Counted from the whole stretch's first letter, positions 47,466 to 58,812 are shown. The stretch is 63,717 nt of DNA, filler included, from Globobulimina sp. (GCA_003354225.1; 39 parts of 39 records of this genome joined end to end with filler, not necessarily neighbours in it), one strand, 5' to 3'. Numbers and translations are program-made. Notes: generated from the sequence alone by a model not told the origin.

Positions 47466-49001
47466 GGCATCTTATTGAAATTCTATCTCTTATTGTATGA
47501 GATAAATTACTCCAAAGAATCCATGAACGATGGCTGGAAAAACATAATCAATCCAGAATCAGGCACAAAATCATTCTTTCTGCGGCATCATGACACGTAC
47601 GGCAATTTTCATTGGATTTCCAAACGATTCATAATCTGCACCATAACCTGCGTCATAATATCGTATGTTTTATGGATTTTGGGTATGATTGCCTGGTTCG
47701 ATGGTAGTTACAAGTTTTTTCGGGTTGCGACCGGCGTCGATTTGTTCCTAATCTCCTTACCATTGATATTTATGATATATATGTACTTCAAAATACCTGT
47801 ATTTTATGATTATTTCAGTGTTCGTGACGAGTTACGTGTAACTTTTGTAATATTAGCAATATATTATATAGCCGTTGTATTCGTGCAATTAGAAGTTGTT
47901 TGGTTAAACATTTTCGGTGTTTTTACAATAAAAAGTCGGTGGTTTTCGTTGATTCATGCCAGTGTTACTATAGTTTGTCAATTCAGCATTGTTTTGATCC
48001 AAACCTTGTGGACTTTGAATAAATTGTCACCGTATCTCGGCATAAAATGGAGTCGAACCAAATCAAAAATCCAAATGCAGGAAATGGTTATAAAAGTATC
48101 GCAGCATAATGACGAGATGGACGTTATGGATAAACAGACCCAGCTGAATACAGTTAATAATGCAGCGAGTAGTGGTCCTTCGAGTGCACGCAATTCGGCC
48201 ACCGATTTTTTTGACGATTATCATGTACAGTTAACCATGAATGATATATTAAGGTATATTCACAGTGAAAATATCTTGTTGACACTAAAAAAAAATGTTT
48301 TTCCGAAAACTTGTAACTGGCTCAAAAGTTATATGTACATTCTGTACATATACAAACATTAAATCGTTTTTATTGTTTTTGAACAACATTTTAATTAATT
48401 TTTGCAATTTGTTTGTAGCAAAACAGCATCATTTGACGCATTTATGTTGCATATTGTAAAAGAATTTAGTGTGGAGATATTATTGTCATATGTTGAAATT
48501 ACGCAGTTTTTACAATATTTATTTAATAATTTTGGGGATATGATATCTCCCGAAGTGCGCGACGAGGAAATAAATGAGACATTGATTGATTTTCCAAGCA
48601 GCGTTCCAGAATCATATATTATAAAAACGGCCACTACAAATCTTGGAGGTGGTAGTATGAGGAAACAATGTCAAACAAAAAAACATCACTTAAAAGAGGA
48701 GAAAAAGACTCAATCCGCTTTGAGGAGGGAAGATGTATTGTTGTTGGTATTATTTATTGGTTCCAGTCTGTATAATAAATATGTAAAATATAATGCCGGT
48801 TTAGAGATAAATATATCATCCATGTTAAGGAAAAAATTTATTGCAATGTTTACTGGACATAACCAGGACCACAAAGATGTGGATTTGGATTTAAATCAAG
48901 TGATACAATTGTTTGTGGACGCAAATAAGTCCATGTATAAATTACTCGGTTATTCATTTACGAGATTTAAAGCAAAAAAAGATTTTGAACGATTGTGTGA
49001 G
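47466..49001 (+). CDS. Multi-TM protein with a C-terminal RGS-like domain (7TM-RGS type), partial, intron 48254-48418
   Basis: TM helices with DYFSVRDELR, then AFMLHIVKEFSVEILL, LYNKYV...LEINISSMLR and LLGYSFTRF. Confidence 0.75.
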
Positions 49002-49101
49002 NNNNNNNNNNNNNNNNNNNNNNNNNNNNNNNNNNNNNNNNNNNNTTAATTAATTAANNNNNNNNNNNNNNNNNNNNNNNNNNNNNNNNNNNNNNNNNNN
49101 N

Positions 49102-49547
49102 GTATATAATACTTCACTCGTTGATCTGTAGCATAAGACATGCAGAGTGCAGACACAGTCACACTGCGTATGTACAGTATATATACTATACCTTTGTACG
49201 GGTAGTGGTGGCACAGTCCATGTCCCATTAAATCCTGTCACTGATTTACCTGCATTTTGTTTAACATACGCTTGCCAGCCACTTCCTGTTGCTTCCACTC
49301 TGGCATCTAAATGGGAAGCAATTCTTTCTTTAATATACGTTGAATTATGCTTTCTTTTGCATCGTGGTGTTGTACGACCATTTACAGTAAAATGCTCATC
49401 GAAATTAACTATTTCTGATCCTGCCGCAACGGTATGAAAACAATCTGATAACCAATATCCAAATGGGGTCAACTCATAGCTTTCGTCATCACTGATTCTG
49501 ACTACGGCATTGGTTATACCCAATAATAACACAAGAACGCTGAGCAT
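49102..49547 (-). CDS. Secreted protein, possibly peptidase G1-like, 5' part
   Basis: Signal peptide, LTPFG...C.H, SGWQAY, FNGTWTVPP. Confidence 0.45.
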
Positions 49548-49647
49548 TGTAGAAACGTATAGTTTTCGAATATTTTTATTGTTGTCCTTGCACAATATAC
49601 ACAACTGCGAAAGACAAATTTTGGAGTCATACTAGTATAGATCAACT

Positions 49648-50637
49648 TTATTCTGTTGAATTGTAACTGGAGAGTACTGATTTGATGCGTTTATATGACA
49701 ATCTCTTGCAATATTTGTACAGTTTAGTATCCCATTTATTCCATTCATGCAATGTTTTATAATTATTATTAGAAATCATTTTTATTTTACTTCTGGTCCA
49801 TTTGGGATGTTTTGGAAATCGCAAACCTTCATCAACTGATGTAAATATTTTACTTTTATTGTATTCCATTTCAGTATGCTTGATTTTATCCAAATAAGCT
49901 GTCAATACTTTATTAACATAGATTTGTGTTCTTCTATCATTTAACCATTCTGTGACTAATAAAATATCAAACTGTTTGAGTATATTCACTGTCTGCGTAA
50001 AACATTTGTGTATGCCAACATTGCTAAAATTATCAATACTGCACCAACTATTATTGCAGCAAAATAAAAATAAATAATAATTACTCAAATATGCGTCCCA
50101 TGCGGCTGGTTCTTTGTGATAATGTTTCTCAAATTTAAATCTTTGAGTTGCTACAGCGTCTTGCACCAAATCTAGAAAATGAGTGAAGTCGACATTACTA
50201 AATTCATATTTCAATGTGTCGTTTGTTACATGTCCCTCCTTTTCAGAAATCCAGAGATTTTTTTTCCACCTTGGATGAGTTTCATTTTCTTTTAGAAACT
50301 TTACAGTCGAATATTGATTACACATTTGACAGCCCCATCGATATTCAAATTCAAATTGACTCAGAATCCGTTCGATTGGATCTCTAAATACTATCAGGTA
50401 TAAAGCATTTGGATATTGCTTAATTGTCCGTTGTATGAAATTGACCCCAGGGTCTTGAGCATGAAGCCATCCTTCTCGATGAACCAATGAAACATTGTAT
50501 GACTTGCCAGTGGAACGTGCCACTTTCTCCAGAAATTTCCGCATCCAAAACAGCATTGCCGTTCCACCAGCTTTCCTGGGATGAAATAATACAATTTGAC
50601 CTGAGTCTAGTTTTACATTTGTTTCTTGAGATTTTAA
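49648..50637 (-). CDS. Golgi-type sulfotransferase, partial
   Basis: In-frame upstream LFHPRKAGGT (5'-PAPS motif) and FRDPIERILSQF (3'-PAPS motif). Confidence 0.8.
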   Translation of the reverse strand, partial: LKSQETNVKLDSGQIVLFHPRKAGGTAMLFWMRKFLEKVARSTGKSYNVSLVHREGWLHAQDPGVNFIQRTIKQYPNALYLIVFRDPIERILSQFEFEYRWGCQMCNQYSTVKFLKENETHPRWKKNLWISEKEGHVTNDTLKYEFSNVDFTHFLDLVQDAVATQRFKFEKHYHKEPAAWDAYLSNYYLFLFCCNNSWCSIDNFSNVGIHKCFTQTVNILKQFDILLVTEWLNDRRTQIYVNKVLTAYLDKIKHTEMEYNKSKIFTSVDEGLRFPKHPKWTRSKIKMISNNNYKTLHEWNKWDTKLYKYCKRLSYKRIKSVLSSYNSTE

Positions 50638-51391
50638 NNNNNNNNNNNNNNNNNNNNNNNNNNNNNNNNNNNNNNNNNNNNTTAATTAATTAANNNNNNN
50701 NNNNNNNNNNNNNNNNNNNNNNNNNNNNNNNNNNNNNAAGATATTATATTGAATTATGTATATCAGATGGATCACATAGAAAGGAATATTGATTTACTAC
50801 GAGTCATAAAAAGTATGGAAAGAAGGGAAGAAAAAACAGACGATTTATTTTCAGAGTACCATTGTGTTTATTTGATGGTTGATCATATTGATGTTATAAA
50901 TGGATTATTTGGAAATAACCGATACATCAGTAATTATTATAGAAAACGACGAACCGAAATATTATTGAATATTTGCTGTGAATGCCACGACTTCAAATTT
51001 TTTTGTGTAAATTTATCTATTCCTAAGCCGTTATGTAAATGTTATTAAAAATTTATAATAATTTCTTATAACCTTTTTTTTAATTTATAATAATTTCAAT
51101 ATATTTTTTTTGGGGTCAGTTTGAAATACTGTTTTTCAGGAATGACCCTTTTTTAAAATATTGGATATAACTTGGATATTTATTTATTTCTATTCTCATT
51201 TTCACCAATATTTGGGGTCAATCTCAAGCAAAATTTTACCCAAATTCTCTCTGAGATCTTACTCAGATTTTTCAATGAGTATTCATAATTTTTCTTATTG
51301 CGTAATATTAATTCATAATGGGAAATTAAAGTTTTAAAATATATTTTTACTTAATCATTTAAATAATTAACTACTTATTAATAAATTAATA

Positions 51392-52272
51392 ATGAAAGGA
51401 CAAGCAGTACCACCAGAATGTGGATTACCACCACCACCACCAGGATTACCACCAAAGGGATTATTACGACCAGGATTAAAGGCATTACTACCACACCCAA
51501 TATTAAAAGAATTTGCTCAGTTAAAATTGATTAAAAGAAATAGTATATTTGAAGGGTTGATATTAAAAGAGAAGGTCGACAAACAATTATTATCAAGGAT
51601 CATTGAAAATCCACAATTATTGGTTATCAACGAAGAGTTCGATGAAACAATTCAATTAACGAAATATTTAAAAAAGGTGAAAAGAAATGCGGTCGAGGTG
51701 AAATATTATAGAAAATATGATTTAGGTCGAGCTTATAGTTCAGGAGCATTAAGTTATCAAAATATAAGGAGAGAGGTTCGTCACACCCTTTGTAGTAATT
51801 ATTATATGGACATTGATGTCGTCAATGCGCATCCCGTTATGTTGAATCAAATTTGTTTGGTAAATGAAATTAGTGCACCAAGCTTGGGTGCTTATGTAAA
51901 TCAGCGCGAATTAATCATTTCCAATGTGATGGAGATATTTAATTTAAAAAGAGATGTAATCAAAGAATTATTTATTCGATTGATTTATTTAGGTACCCTT
52001 AAGAATTGGATGAACGAATATGGGGTAAAAAAAGAACAAAGTAATATTAAAATTATTAAGTATTTGATTTCATTTCAAGATGAGATGAGAGTTATTAATA
52101 AAATAATTACCAATGCAAATATTATACATATGAAATTAATAAATGAAAATAAGAAAGGTGGGAATAATAATAAGCAATCCGTAAATAATATTCATTATGG
52201 AAATTATTTCCAAAAGAAGAAAATAAAAAGAATGAGTAAATCTGATTTTGTTTGTTATTATTTACAAGAAAT
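51392..52272 (+). CDS. TVpol-type (PolA-fold) primase-polymerase of virophage/Polinton-like elements, 5' part
   Basis: VKYY...LGRAY...SYQNIRREVRHTL...YMDIDVVNAHPVML...R..I......RD.IKELFIRLIYLG...YYLQE. No introns. Confidence 0.7.
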
Positions 52273-52404
52273 NNNNNNNNNNNNNNNNNNNNNNNNNNNN
52301 NNNNNNNNNNNNNNNNTTAATTAATTAANNNNNNNNNNNNNNNNNNNNNNNNNNNNNNNNNNNNNNNNNNNNTGATAAATAGTAAAAATAAAGAATATCA
52401 TCAC

Positions 52405-53616
52405 GTGAAACAACGCAAAAGTCGAAATAAAAAAAAAAGGAGCCATTATCCAGCAGCGCCGATTGCCGCAGCGTCGGTTGATTACAATATCAACGCAGAT
52501 ACAAGCGCTGCAAAAGTAAATATCTCAGATTCAGAAATCATTGAATTGCAAGGCGAGTTACAAGGACATAATGATTGGATAACTTGCATTGTGGTCGATT
52601 ATAATAATCCCAATCGAATAATAAGTGGTTCGCGCGATAAATCGGTGGTTGTTTGGGATTTGAGCACCAAATGCATTGACAAAAGGACTTCGTTAAGCTG
52701 TGAGACTGTGACCAGAACTTCAGGCAAAATGGTACGTAGATTGCGCGGACATAATCATTTTATCTCCGATGTGGATATCTCATCCGATGGTGATTACATA
52801 TTAAGTGCTTCATGGGATGGTTTGCTGCGTTTATGGAACATTAAAACGGGACAAGTCGTTCGCAAATTCGTTGGACATCAAAAGGATATATTATCGGTAC
52901 AGTTTAATATGGATAACAGACGAATAATATCGTGTGGTCGAGATAGACGCATCTATTTATGGAACACCATCGGCGAAATCAAACAAGAAATAAATAATGC
53001 ACACAATGGATGGATAAGTCGTATTGCATTCAGTACAAATGTGGAGGATGATTTATTTGTGTCTGCATCGTATGACAAAGCAGTTTGTGTGTGGCAGAAT
53101 TGTGGAGATGGAAATGGATATAAATTAAAACATAAATTATGTGGACATAAATATTGCATAACTTCGCTATCCATCTCACCGGACGGCTCGTTATGTGCCA
53201 CCGGGGATAAATATGGCGTGTGGTGGCTATGGGATATTGATAGTGGTTCATTACTATCAAGAATAAGTGCGGAGAGTGGTGGTTTGCAAATTAATGATAT
53301 TGTTTTCTCGCCAAATAGATATTGGGCATGTTTTGCTATTGGGAATGTGATTGAAATTTGGGATTTGGAAAGCAAATCCAATGTAGCTACATTAAAAAAA
53401 GAGTGTCAATCTTTATTTGACTCATTTAAAAGTAAAAATATTCAAAATAATTGTAATTGTATTGCCTGGAGTCATGATGGCAAAACATTATATGCCGGAT
53501 ATTGTGATAATAAAATCCAAATTTGGAAATTGATATCGCCATTTGATGGATTGGATGGTGTCCATGACAACAATGATATGAATGCTGAGTATAAACCAGA
53601 ACAAGAAGAGTCATGA
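52405..53616 (+). CDS. RACK1: RACK1-like WD40 protein, divergent
   Basis: LQGHNDWIT, SGSRDKS, LRGHNHFISDV.ISSDG, SASWDG.LRLW, FVGHQKDILSV.F..DNRRIIS, SPDGSLCA, FSPNRYW, WS.DGKTLYAGY. Confidence 0.85.
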   Translation: MKQRKSRNKKKRSHYPAAPIAAASVDYNINADTSAAKVNISDSEIIELQGELQGHNDWITCIVVDYNNPNRIISGSRDKSVVVWDLSTKCIDKRTSLSCETVTRTSGKMVRRLRGHNHFISDVDISSDGDYILSASWDGLLRLWNIKTGQVVRKFVGHQKDILSVQFNMDNRRIISCGRDRRIYLWNTIGEIKQEINNAHNGWISRIAFSTNVEDDLFVSASYDKAVCVWQNCGDGNGYKLKHKLCGHKYCITSLSISPDGSLCATGDKYGVWWLWDIDSGSLLSRISAESGGLQINDIVFSPNRYWACFAIGNVIEIWDLESKSNVATLKKECQSLFDSFKSKNIQNNCNCIAWSHDGKTLYAGYCDNKIQIWKLISPFDGLDGVHDNNDMNAEYKPEQEES

Positions 53617-54274
53617 TAATAATAAAAGTGTTTCTGTTTCGAAAATAATTGATTAATTAAGTTGTGTCTGTCAATCACACACAACCAAATTAATTATTCT
53701 GCTAAACTGTAATAGTTTAAATAATTTCAATTTATACCATTAGTATCTCGGTGTTTCCAAAAGGTAGTATCTCAAAGTCTGCAAAATAATTTGGTCATAA
53801 ATTTCAGGGATTTTCCATCATTTATGCCGGTTAGATGTTTATGTTTTTTTAATCTTCACAAAAAACTTAAGCCCGAACTCAGTCTTTAATGTCCTCGCAA
53901 ATAGTCTNNNNNNNNNNNNNNNNNNNNNNNNNNNNNNNNNNNNNNNNNNNNTTAATTAATTAANNNNNNNNNNNNNNNNNNNNNNNNNNNNNNNNNNNNN
54001 NNNNNNNTCGAGTTCGGCGAGACCGTGCTGACTCAGGAAGAGGACCGCGTAGGCACGCTCAGGGCCCGAATCAATGCCATGTTGATGATCGTCATGTGCT
54101 ATAAACAATATAGCCTGTTCAAAAACCATAACAGCGAGTGCGCGCTCGCGAAACAGCCACTCAGCGACGTGCTCGCATTGACTGCGAGCCTTGCTCCTGC
54201 ATACATTACACCTGTGCCCACAACACAGCTGATTGATCTGAAAGTTTGCAACACGATAATAAATTGCTACAGTA

Positions 54275-55375
54275 TTATGATAAACATAACAATAGCAAAC
54301 AAACAAAGGTAAAGTCATATGCATCACACAGCAAACTAATAATTAATAATAGATTATATTTTTTCTCACAATAGTGAAAAATCAGTGGCAGCAGCAACTG
54401 CATCGTTAAATTGTGTCCAATCAATGGCAGGTGATTTTGAATGATATTTTTTATTATACGCATCAATTTCGACCACCCATTGCGTCTCTTCCCCGTCAAT
54501 ATCTCTTCAAGTTTCTCCTCATTTGACATCACCTTCCTTTTTCTAGTCTGTTTAATGCGTTTCAAATTTTTTGAATATAGCAATTTATACAAATTCACAA
54601 CATCCCCGATCCCAATATATGGTATCGCCATTTTCCCAGTTCCGCTAATATGCCTTTTCCAAACATATTCGTTAAATGCAGCATTGGTTAGACCAAATAG
54701 TACCATTTCCCCACCGGACATTGTCCAATCTTCAACTTGCCCTAAACTCCCTTGTTTTTCTTCAACAATCAATCTGAAAATATCATCAAATGCTTGAGGA
54801 TCGGCGTCAAAACTTTTAATCGCATCATCAATATGTCCCTGCATAACGCGTCTGATCAAAAAATACATTGCATGTGCTGGATATCCAAAATTTATATCAA
54901 TGCCACTTCCCCTTTTGCTCCAAGTGATAGCTCCATCTTTTCCAACTTCTAATTTTGCGTTCCCGCCGGTAATCGCCTCCACTCGGTACACTGTAATTGT
55001 TTTCCTTGCCGGTGCCACTTTTCTTTCTTTTTCGACTGCTTTAACTGTTGTGCAATGTGGTGTGCCTCGGAAATTCACACTACATTCACTGCTATATTTG
55101 CAACAGACATACCCCTTTTTATGTGTTTTTGTCCCCCAACAAAGATGGGGGTTAGGCGGCTTACACATTGATGTCGCTTCACCAGCAATAATATTCCCTT
55201 TATGCCTTGGACTCACATAATGAACTGGTTCACCACTCTCTTCTTCAATATCCATGTAATTATAATAGTATACATTGGCCGCGTTAGAGAACATTGCTGC
55301 GGGGTTTTCAGCCTCATTAAAACTGCAATAATATAACGAATATGGGGTATGTTTTATACTAATTGTCAAAATCAT
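54275..55375 (-). CDS. Cys-rich module plus a bacterial-toxin-like domain; both ends uncertain
   Basis: Six-Cys module, then TVYRVE...INFG...FL.RR...IKSF...LFGL...ISGTGK. Confidence 0.45.
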   Translation of the reverse strand: MILTISIKHTPYSLYYCSFNEAENPAAMFSNAANVYYYNYMDIEEESGEPVHYVSPRHKGNIIAGEATSMCKPPNPHLCWGTKTHKKGYVCCKYSSECSVNFRGTPHCTTVKAVEKERKVAPARKTITVYRVEAITGGNAKLEVGKDGAITWSKRGSGIDINFGYPAHAMYFLIRRVMQGHIDDAIKSFDADPQAFDDIFRLIVEEKQGSLGQVEDWTMSGGEMVLFGLTNAAFNEYVWKRHISGTGKMAIPYIGIGDVVNLYKLLYSKNLKRIKQTRKRKVMSNEEKLEEILTGKRRNGWSKLMRIIKNIIQNHLPLIGHNLTMQLLLPLIFHYCEKKYNLLLIISLLCDAYDFTFVCLLLLCLS

Positions 55376-55780
55376 TGTCGCTCAGTTTCTTTTCATAATC
55401 ATTGTCGTTTTTTAGGAATTCCTGGATTTTAGAACTTTGCGTCTGTACAGAAATGAATTGCTGGCTGACAAAAACGTTATAAGGTAACAAATGCGTTGCT
55501 GATTGACAGAAAAACCTGCTCAAAACCTTGAGAAACGTTTCTNNNNNNNNNNNNNNNNNNNNNNNNNNNNNNNNNNNNNNNNNNNNTTAATTAATTAANN
55601 NNNNNNNNNNNNNNNNNNNNNNNNNNNNNNNNNNNNNNNNNNCCTTAAATATTTAGCAATAAAATGATATTTTTTTTAATTTTTAATTATTATAAATTGG
55701 TCTGAATGTGGATGAGAAATCGGTACAAAAAGCTGTGAAATCACAATATAAATCACGTATATCGGTATATGTCGATATTA

Positions 55781-56025
55781 ATGAATATTCCATCATTTGC
55801 AATATAAAGAAATAGCCATGCGATTTACTGATGAAAAAACAGGAATGATTATTAAATTAAATAATAAATCATATATTATGGCTAAGTAGTTTCCCGAGGA
55901 GGAAGAACGTTTAATATTTGGTGGAAGATATCGATTAGAGATTGAAACCATAATTGTTATGCAAACAAAAAATAATTATAAACTACATATGCGTGCATAT
56001 TATTTATTTGATGCCATGATTATCA
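55781..56025 (+). pseudogene. Deleted, stop-containing remnant of the H-S-E ART-like family
   Basis: MNIPSFAI, frame break, EIAMRFTDEKTGMIIKL...stop FPEEEERLIFGGRYRLEIETI...NY...AYYLFDAM. Parallels VAMQ...GIILTI...FPGEAEMLFISG..LEI in 9918-10700. Confidence 0.55.
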
Positions 56026-56182
56026 AAACTAATCAGTGGGTTTGCACACATATGAACCACTGATATGAACTAACTCGATTAGAGCTTTCCAATGATATAC
56101 TTATCGTCTTCTGGTGAAGGCGGAGTTTCACCAATTGTTTTTTTTATTTGTTTCAGGTCCTTTACAGAATATAAACAGAATA

Positions 56183-56563
56183 ATGTTTAAAAGAAAAAAA
56201 GCACAAAAAACAAGTAAAAGACGGCAGAACTCCGAGAATGAAACAACTTTTGAAGTCTCAAGAATTTCAAATCATATTTGTTTAAATGCAAATGGTATTT
56301 TATATAAAGTTGAATGGAAACCATCAATTTTCTCGTCTTACGATGATATTTTTGAGTGGCATGAGAGTATAAAAAATATTATAGAAATAAATCAAGTTAG
56401 AAAACAAAGCAAATACAAAGTGGAGTGGAAAAGCAGTTGGTTACCGGCTGAATCGTTAGTAAATTGTGATGAAGTTTTGTCAGCATATATTTTACTGAAT
56501 ATTAAGAAACAATGTGAAGCAATCATTGACTATAATAGTTTAGTATCATTTCATTTTTCTTAA
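56183..56563 (+). CDS. Chromodomain-like protein
   Basis: FEVSRISNH...LYKVEWK...YKVEWKSSWLPAESLVNCDEVLSAY. Confidence 0.6.
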   Translation: MFKRKKAQKTSKRRQNSENETTFEVSRISNHICLNANGILYKVEWKPSIFSSYDDIFEWHESIKNIIEINQVRKQSKYKVEWKSSWLPAESLVNCDEVLSAYILLNIKKQCEAIIDYNSLVSFHFS

Positions 56564-57367
56564 CAAAAACCAAGTTGCTATTTAAAAATAAAACTAATTG
56601 TTTATGTCCAAAAGTTTTCAGTGTAACTACGAAGAAAGTCAGGACAAACAAACTATGCTCGTTTTTACAACCTAAAATATAGGATTTGCAACAGTATATA
56701 CCGTATCTAGTTCTTTTTGATTGTGCTCACCAGGTTATATTAAATAATTCTACTAAGGACGGTAAACTGTATGCTTTTTTATTTTATATTGCTATACAGA
56801 AAAGAAAGCAACTTAGTTTTTGTTCCTTTGTATCTGTTTCGTTTCTGGTGTCTGTAATAAAATTTCTTACTTAATCACAAATAATAGAATTTAAAAGTTT
56901 TTGCAGTTCAATTGTTGAGCATGCTTCTAATTTGGAGAAATAAATATGTGTTGGCTAGCACGTCAATCTCAAAAATTATGATCAAAATTGTTTGAAACTA
57001 ATTATCAAAATTAAAAAAGAAGATAATGCAGAAAATGTTAACATAATTTATTGTAAAAATATTTTATTAGATTGTTTCATGTTAACTCTGCGAATTTCAT
57101 TACTGAGCAAAGGTGGCAAAAATATGATAACTTGGTTCATCTCAAATCACCGTTTTCCAACAAAAAAATAGGATCATNNNNNNNNNNNNNNNNNNNNNNN
57201 NNNNNNNNNNNNNNNNNNNNNTTAATTAATTAANNNNNNNNNNNNNNNNNNNNNNNNNNNNNNNNNNNNNNNNNNNNCCTGTATATATGGATTTTGATAT
57301 GTTATTTGCATCTATGAAGGGCACTGTCTTTACAGAGAGAGGTGTTTTTTGATGATTGTATAAATAT

Positions 57368-57937
57368 ATGGAAAATATGAAATCAAACAAAGAAAAACCA
57401 AGTCACTGTCATAATTGTAATTTTTCACTATCTGGCAGCGAGAAATTTTGTCCCGAGTGTGGCAGCAAACTTTTTTTATCTCGCTCTGCACAAAGTTCAT
57501 CTACCCCACTGTCATCAAAAAAAAATTATTTTGATGGCTTGCACAAAAAAGTTGAGCAAAATATTATTCTCGATCCCAATAATTCCAAATTGGAATGGCA
57601 CATTGGACCAGATAGCGATACCAGTTGGTACGAAGCAATTGAGTGGCTAAATAATTTGAGGGCGAACAATGGGGATGAATGGAGGATGCCGACGCGGCGT
57701 GAACTGCAAAGCTTATATGACAATTCTGTATCAAGTCATTGTAAAATAAAACCGACATCATCCTCTTGGTTATGGGTATGGACTGGAGAAAATATGGATG
57801 ATAAAAATTTAAATGATTTTAAAAAAGCATGGGGCTTCGATTTTCGTACTGGACTGGAATTCTGGGGTGGTTGCAACGAATCTTTACGCAGCCGAGTATT
57901 TGTAGTCCGTAGTTTTCAGCCCGATAAAGATGTTTAA
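57368..57937 (+). CDS. Bacterial zinc-ribbon plus DUF1566 (Lcl C-terminal) protein
   Basis: CHNC...FCPECG, LEW..GPD.DTSWYEA, WRMPTRRELQSLY, WVWTGE, AWGFDF, RVFVVRS. Confidence 0.8.
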   Translation: MENMKSNKEKPSHCHNCNFSLSGSEKFCPECGSKLFLSRSAQSSSTPLSSKKNYFDGLHKKVEQNIILDPNNSKLEWHIGPDSDTSWYEAIEWLNNLRANNGDEWRMPTRRELQSLYDNSVSSHCKIKPTSSSWLWVWTGENMDDKNLNDFKKAWGFDFRTGLEFWGGCNESLRSRVFVVRSFQPDKDV

Positions 57938-58121
57938 CCTAATTATGAACGAAATCCGTAGTCTGGGTAAACGCATGTAGCCTTGGTATGAATTTGAATA
58001 TTTTAATTTACAGATACCTATGCAATACAAATGCGTTCGTTGCATTTACCTTGAAAACGTAGGTGCTTGAAATTATTAGGTCCAAAATCCACATGCGTTC
58101 GCCCTGAATCCATAGCGGGAT

Positions 58122-58812
58122 TTACATATTTAAATCAGATGAAACCTCGGCGACTTCAGGTATCTGAATGACAGGTTCTATCTGGCTTAATTCTTCTATG
58201 GGGATATGACATTTGATTACATGACGACCTTGTGCCAATTGGTCTTTTGGCGGCTCATTATCACAGATATCACCGATTCTTCGATGGCAGCGGGTGCAGA
58301 ACGGGCATCCTTTGGGCGGTTTCATTGCACTTGGCAAATTGCCTTCCAGAACAATTTTTCGTTTGGTTATATCCGGGTCAGCAATGGGTACAGCAGACAA
58401 CAATGCCTCTGTATAGGGATGATAAGGGGGAGCAAAAATTTCTTCTGTGGTTCCTCTCTCAAGGATATGTCCCAGATACATAACAACAATCCGGTCCGAT
58501 AAATACCGGACGACAGATAGGTCATGACTGATAAACAGCAGTGTGGTTTTATGCTCACGCTGGATATCCATCAAAAGTTCTGTCACTGCGGCGGCTACAG
58601 ATACGTCTAAAGCAGACACTGGTTCATCTGCAATGACAATGCTCGGGTTTCCGGCAAATGCTCTGGCAATACCAATACGCTGCTTCTGACCACCGGATAG
58701 CTGCCTGGGCTTTCTAAAATAGAAATCTCTTGGCAGTTTGACAGTATCCAGCAGGGTCATTACCCGATCAAAAATTTTCTTTTTATCTGTCTCAACTCCA
58801 AATTGTTTGATA
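58122..58812 (-). CDS. Bacterial oligopeptide/dipeptide ABC transporter ATP-binding protein, 3' part
   Basis: LSGGQKQRIGIARA, IADEPVSALD, FISHDL, HPYTEALLSAVP, GCPFCTRC. Confidence 0.92.

Noticed and set aside
54275-54480. PLIGHN motif suggesting a PARN/CAF1 nuclease
   Set aside because: A single short motif with the following Asp absent. It may be a chimeric piece, and the evidence is insufficient.
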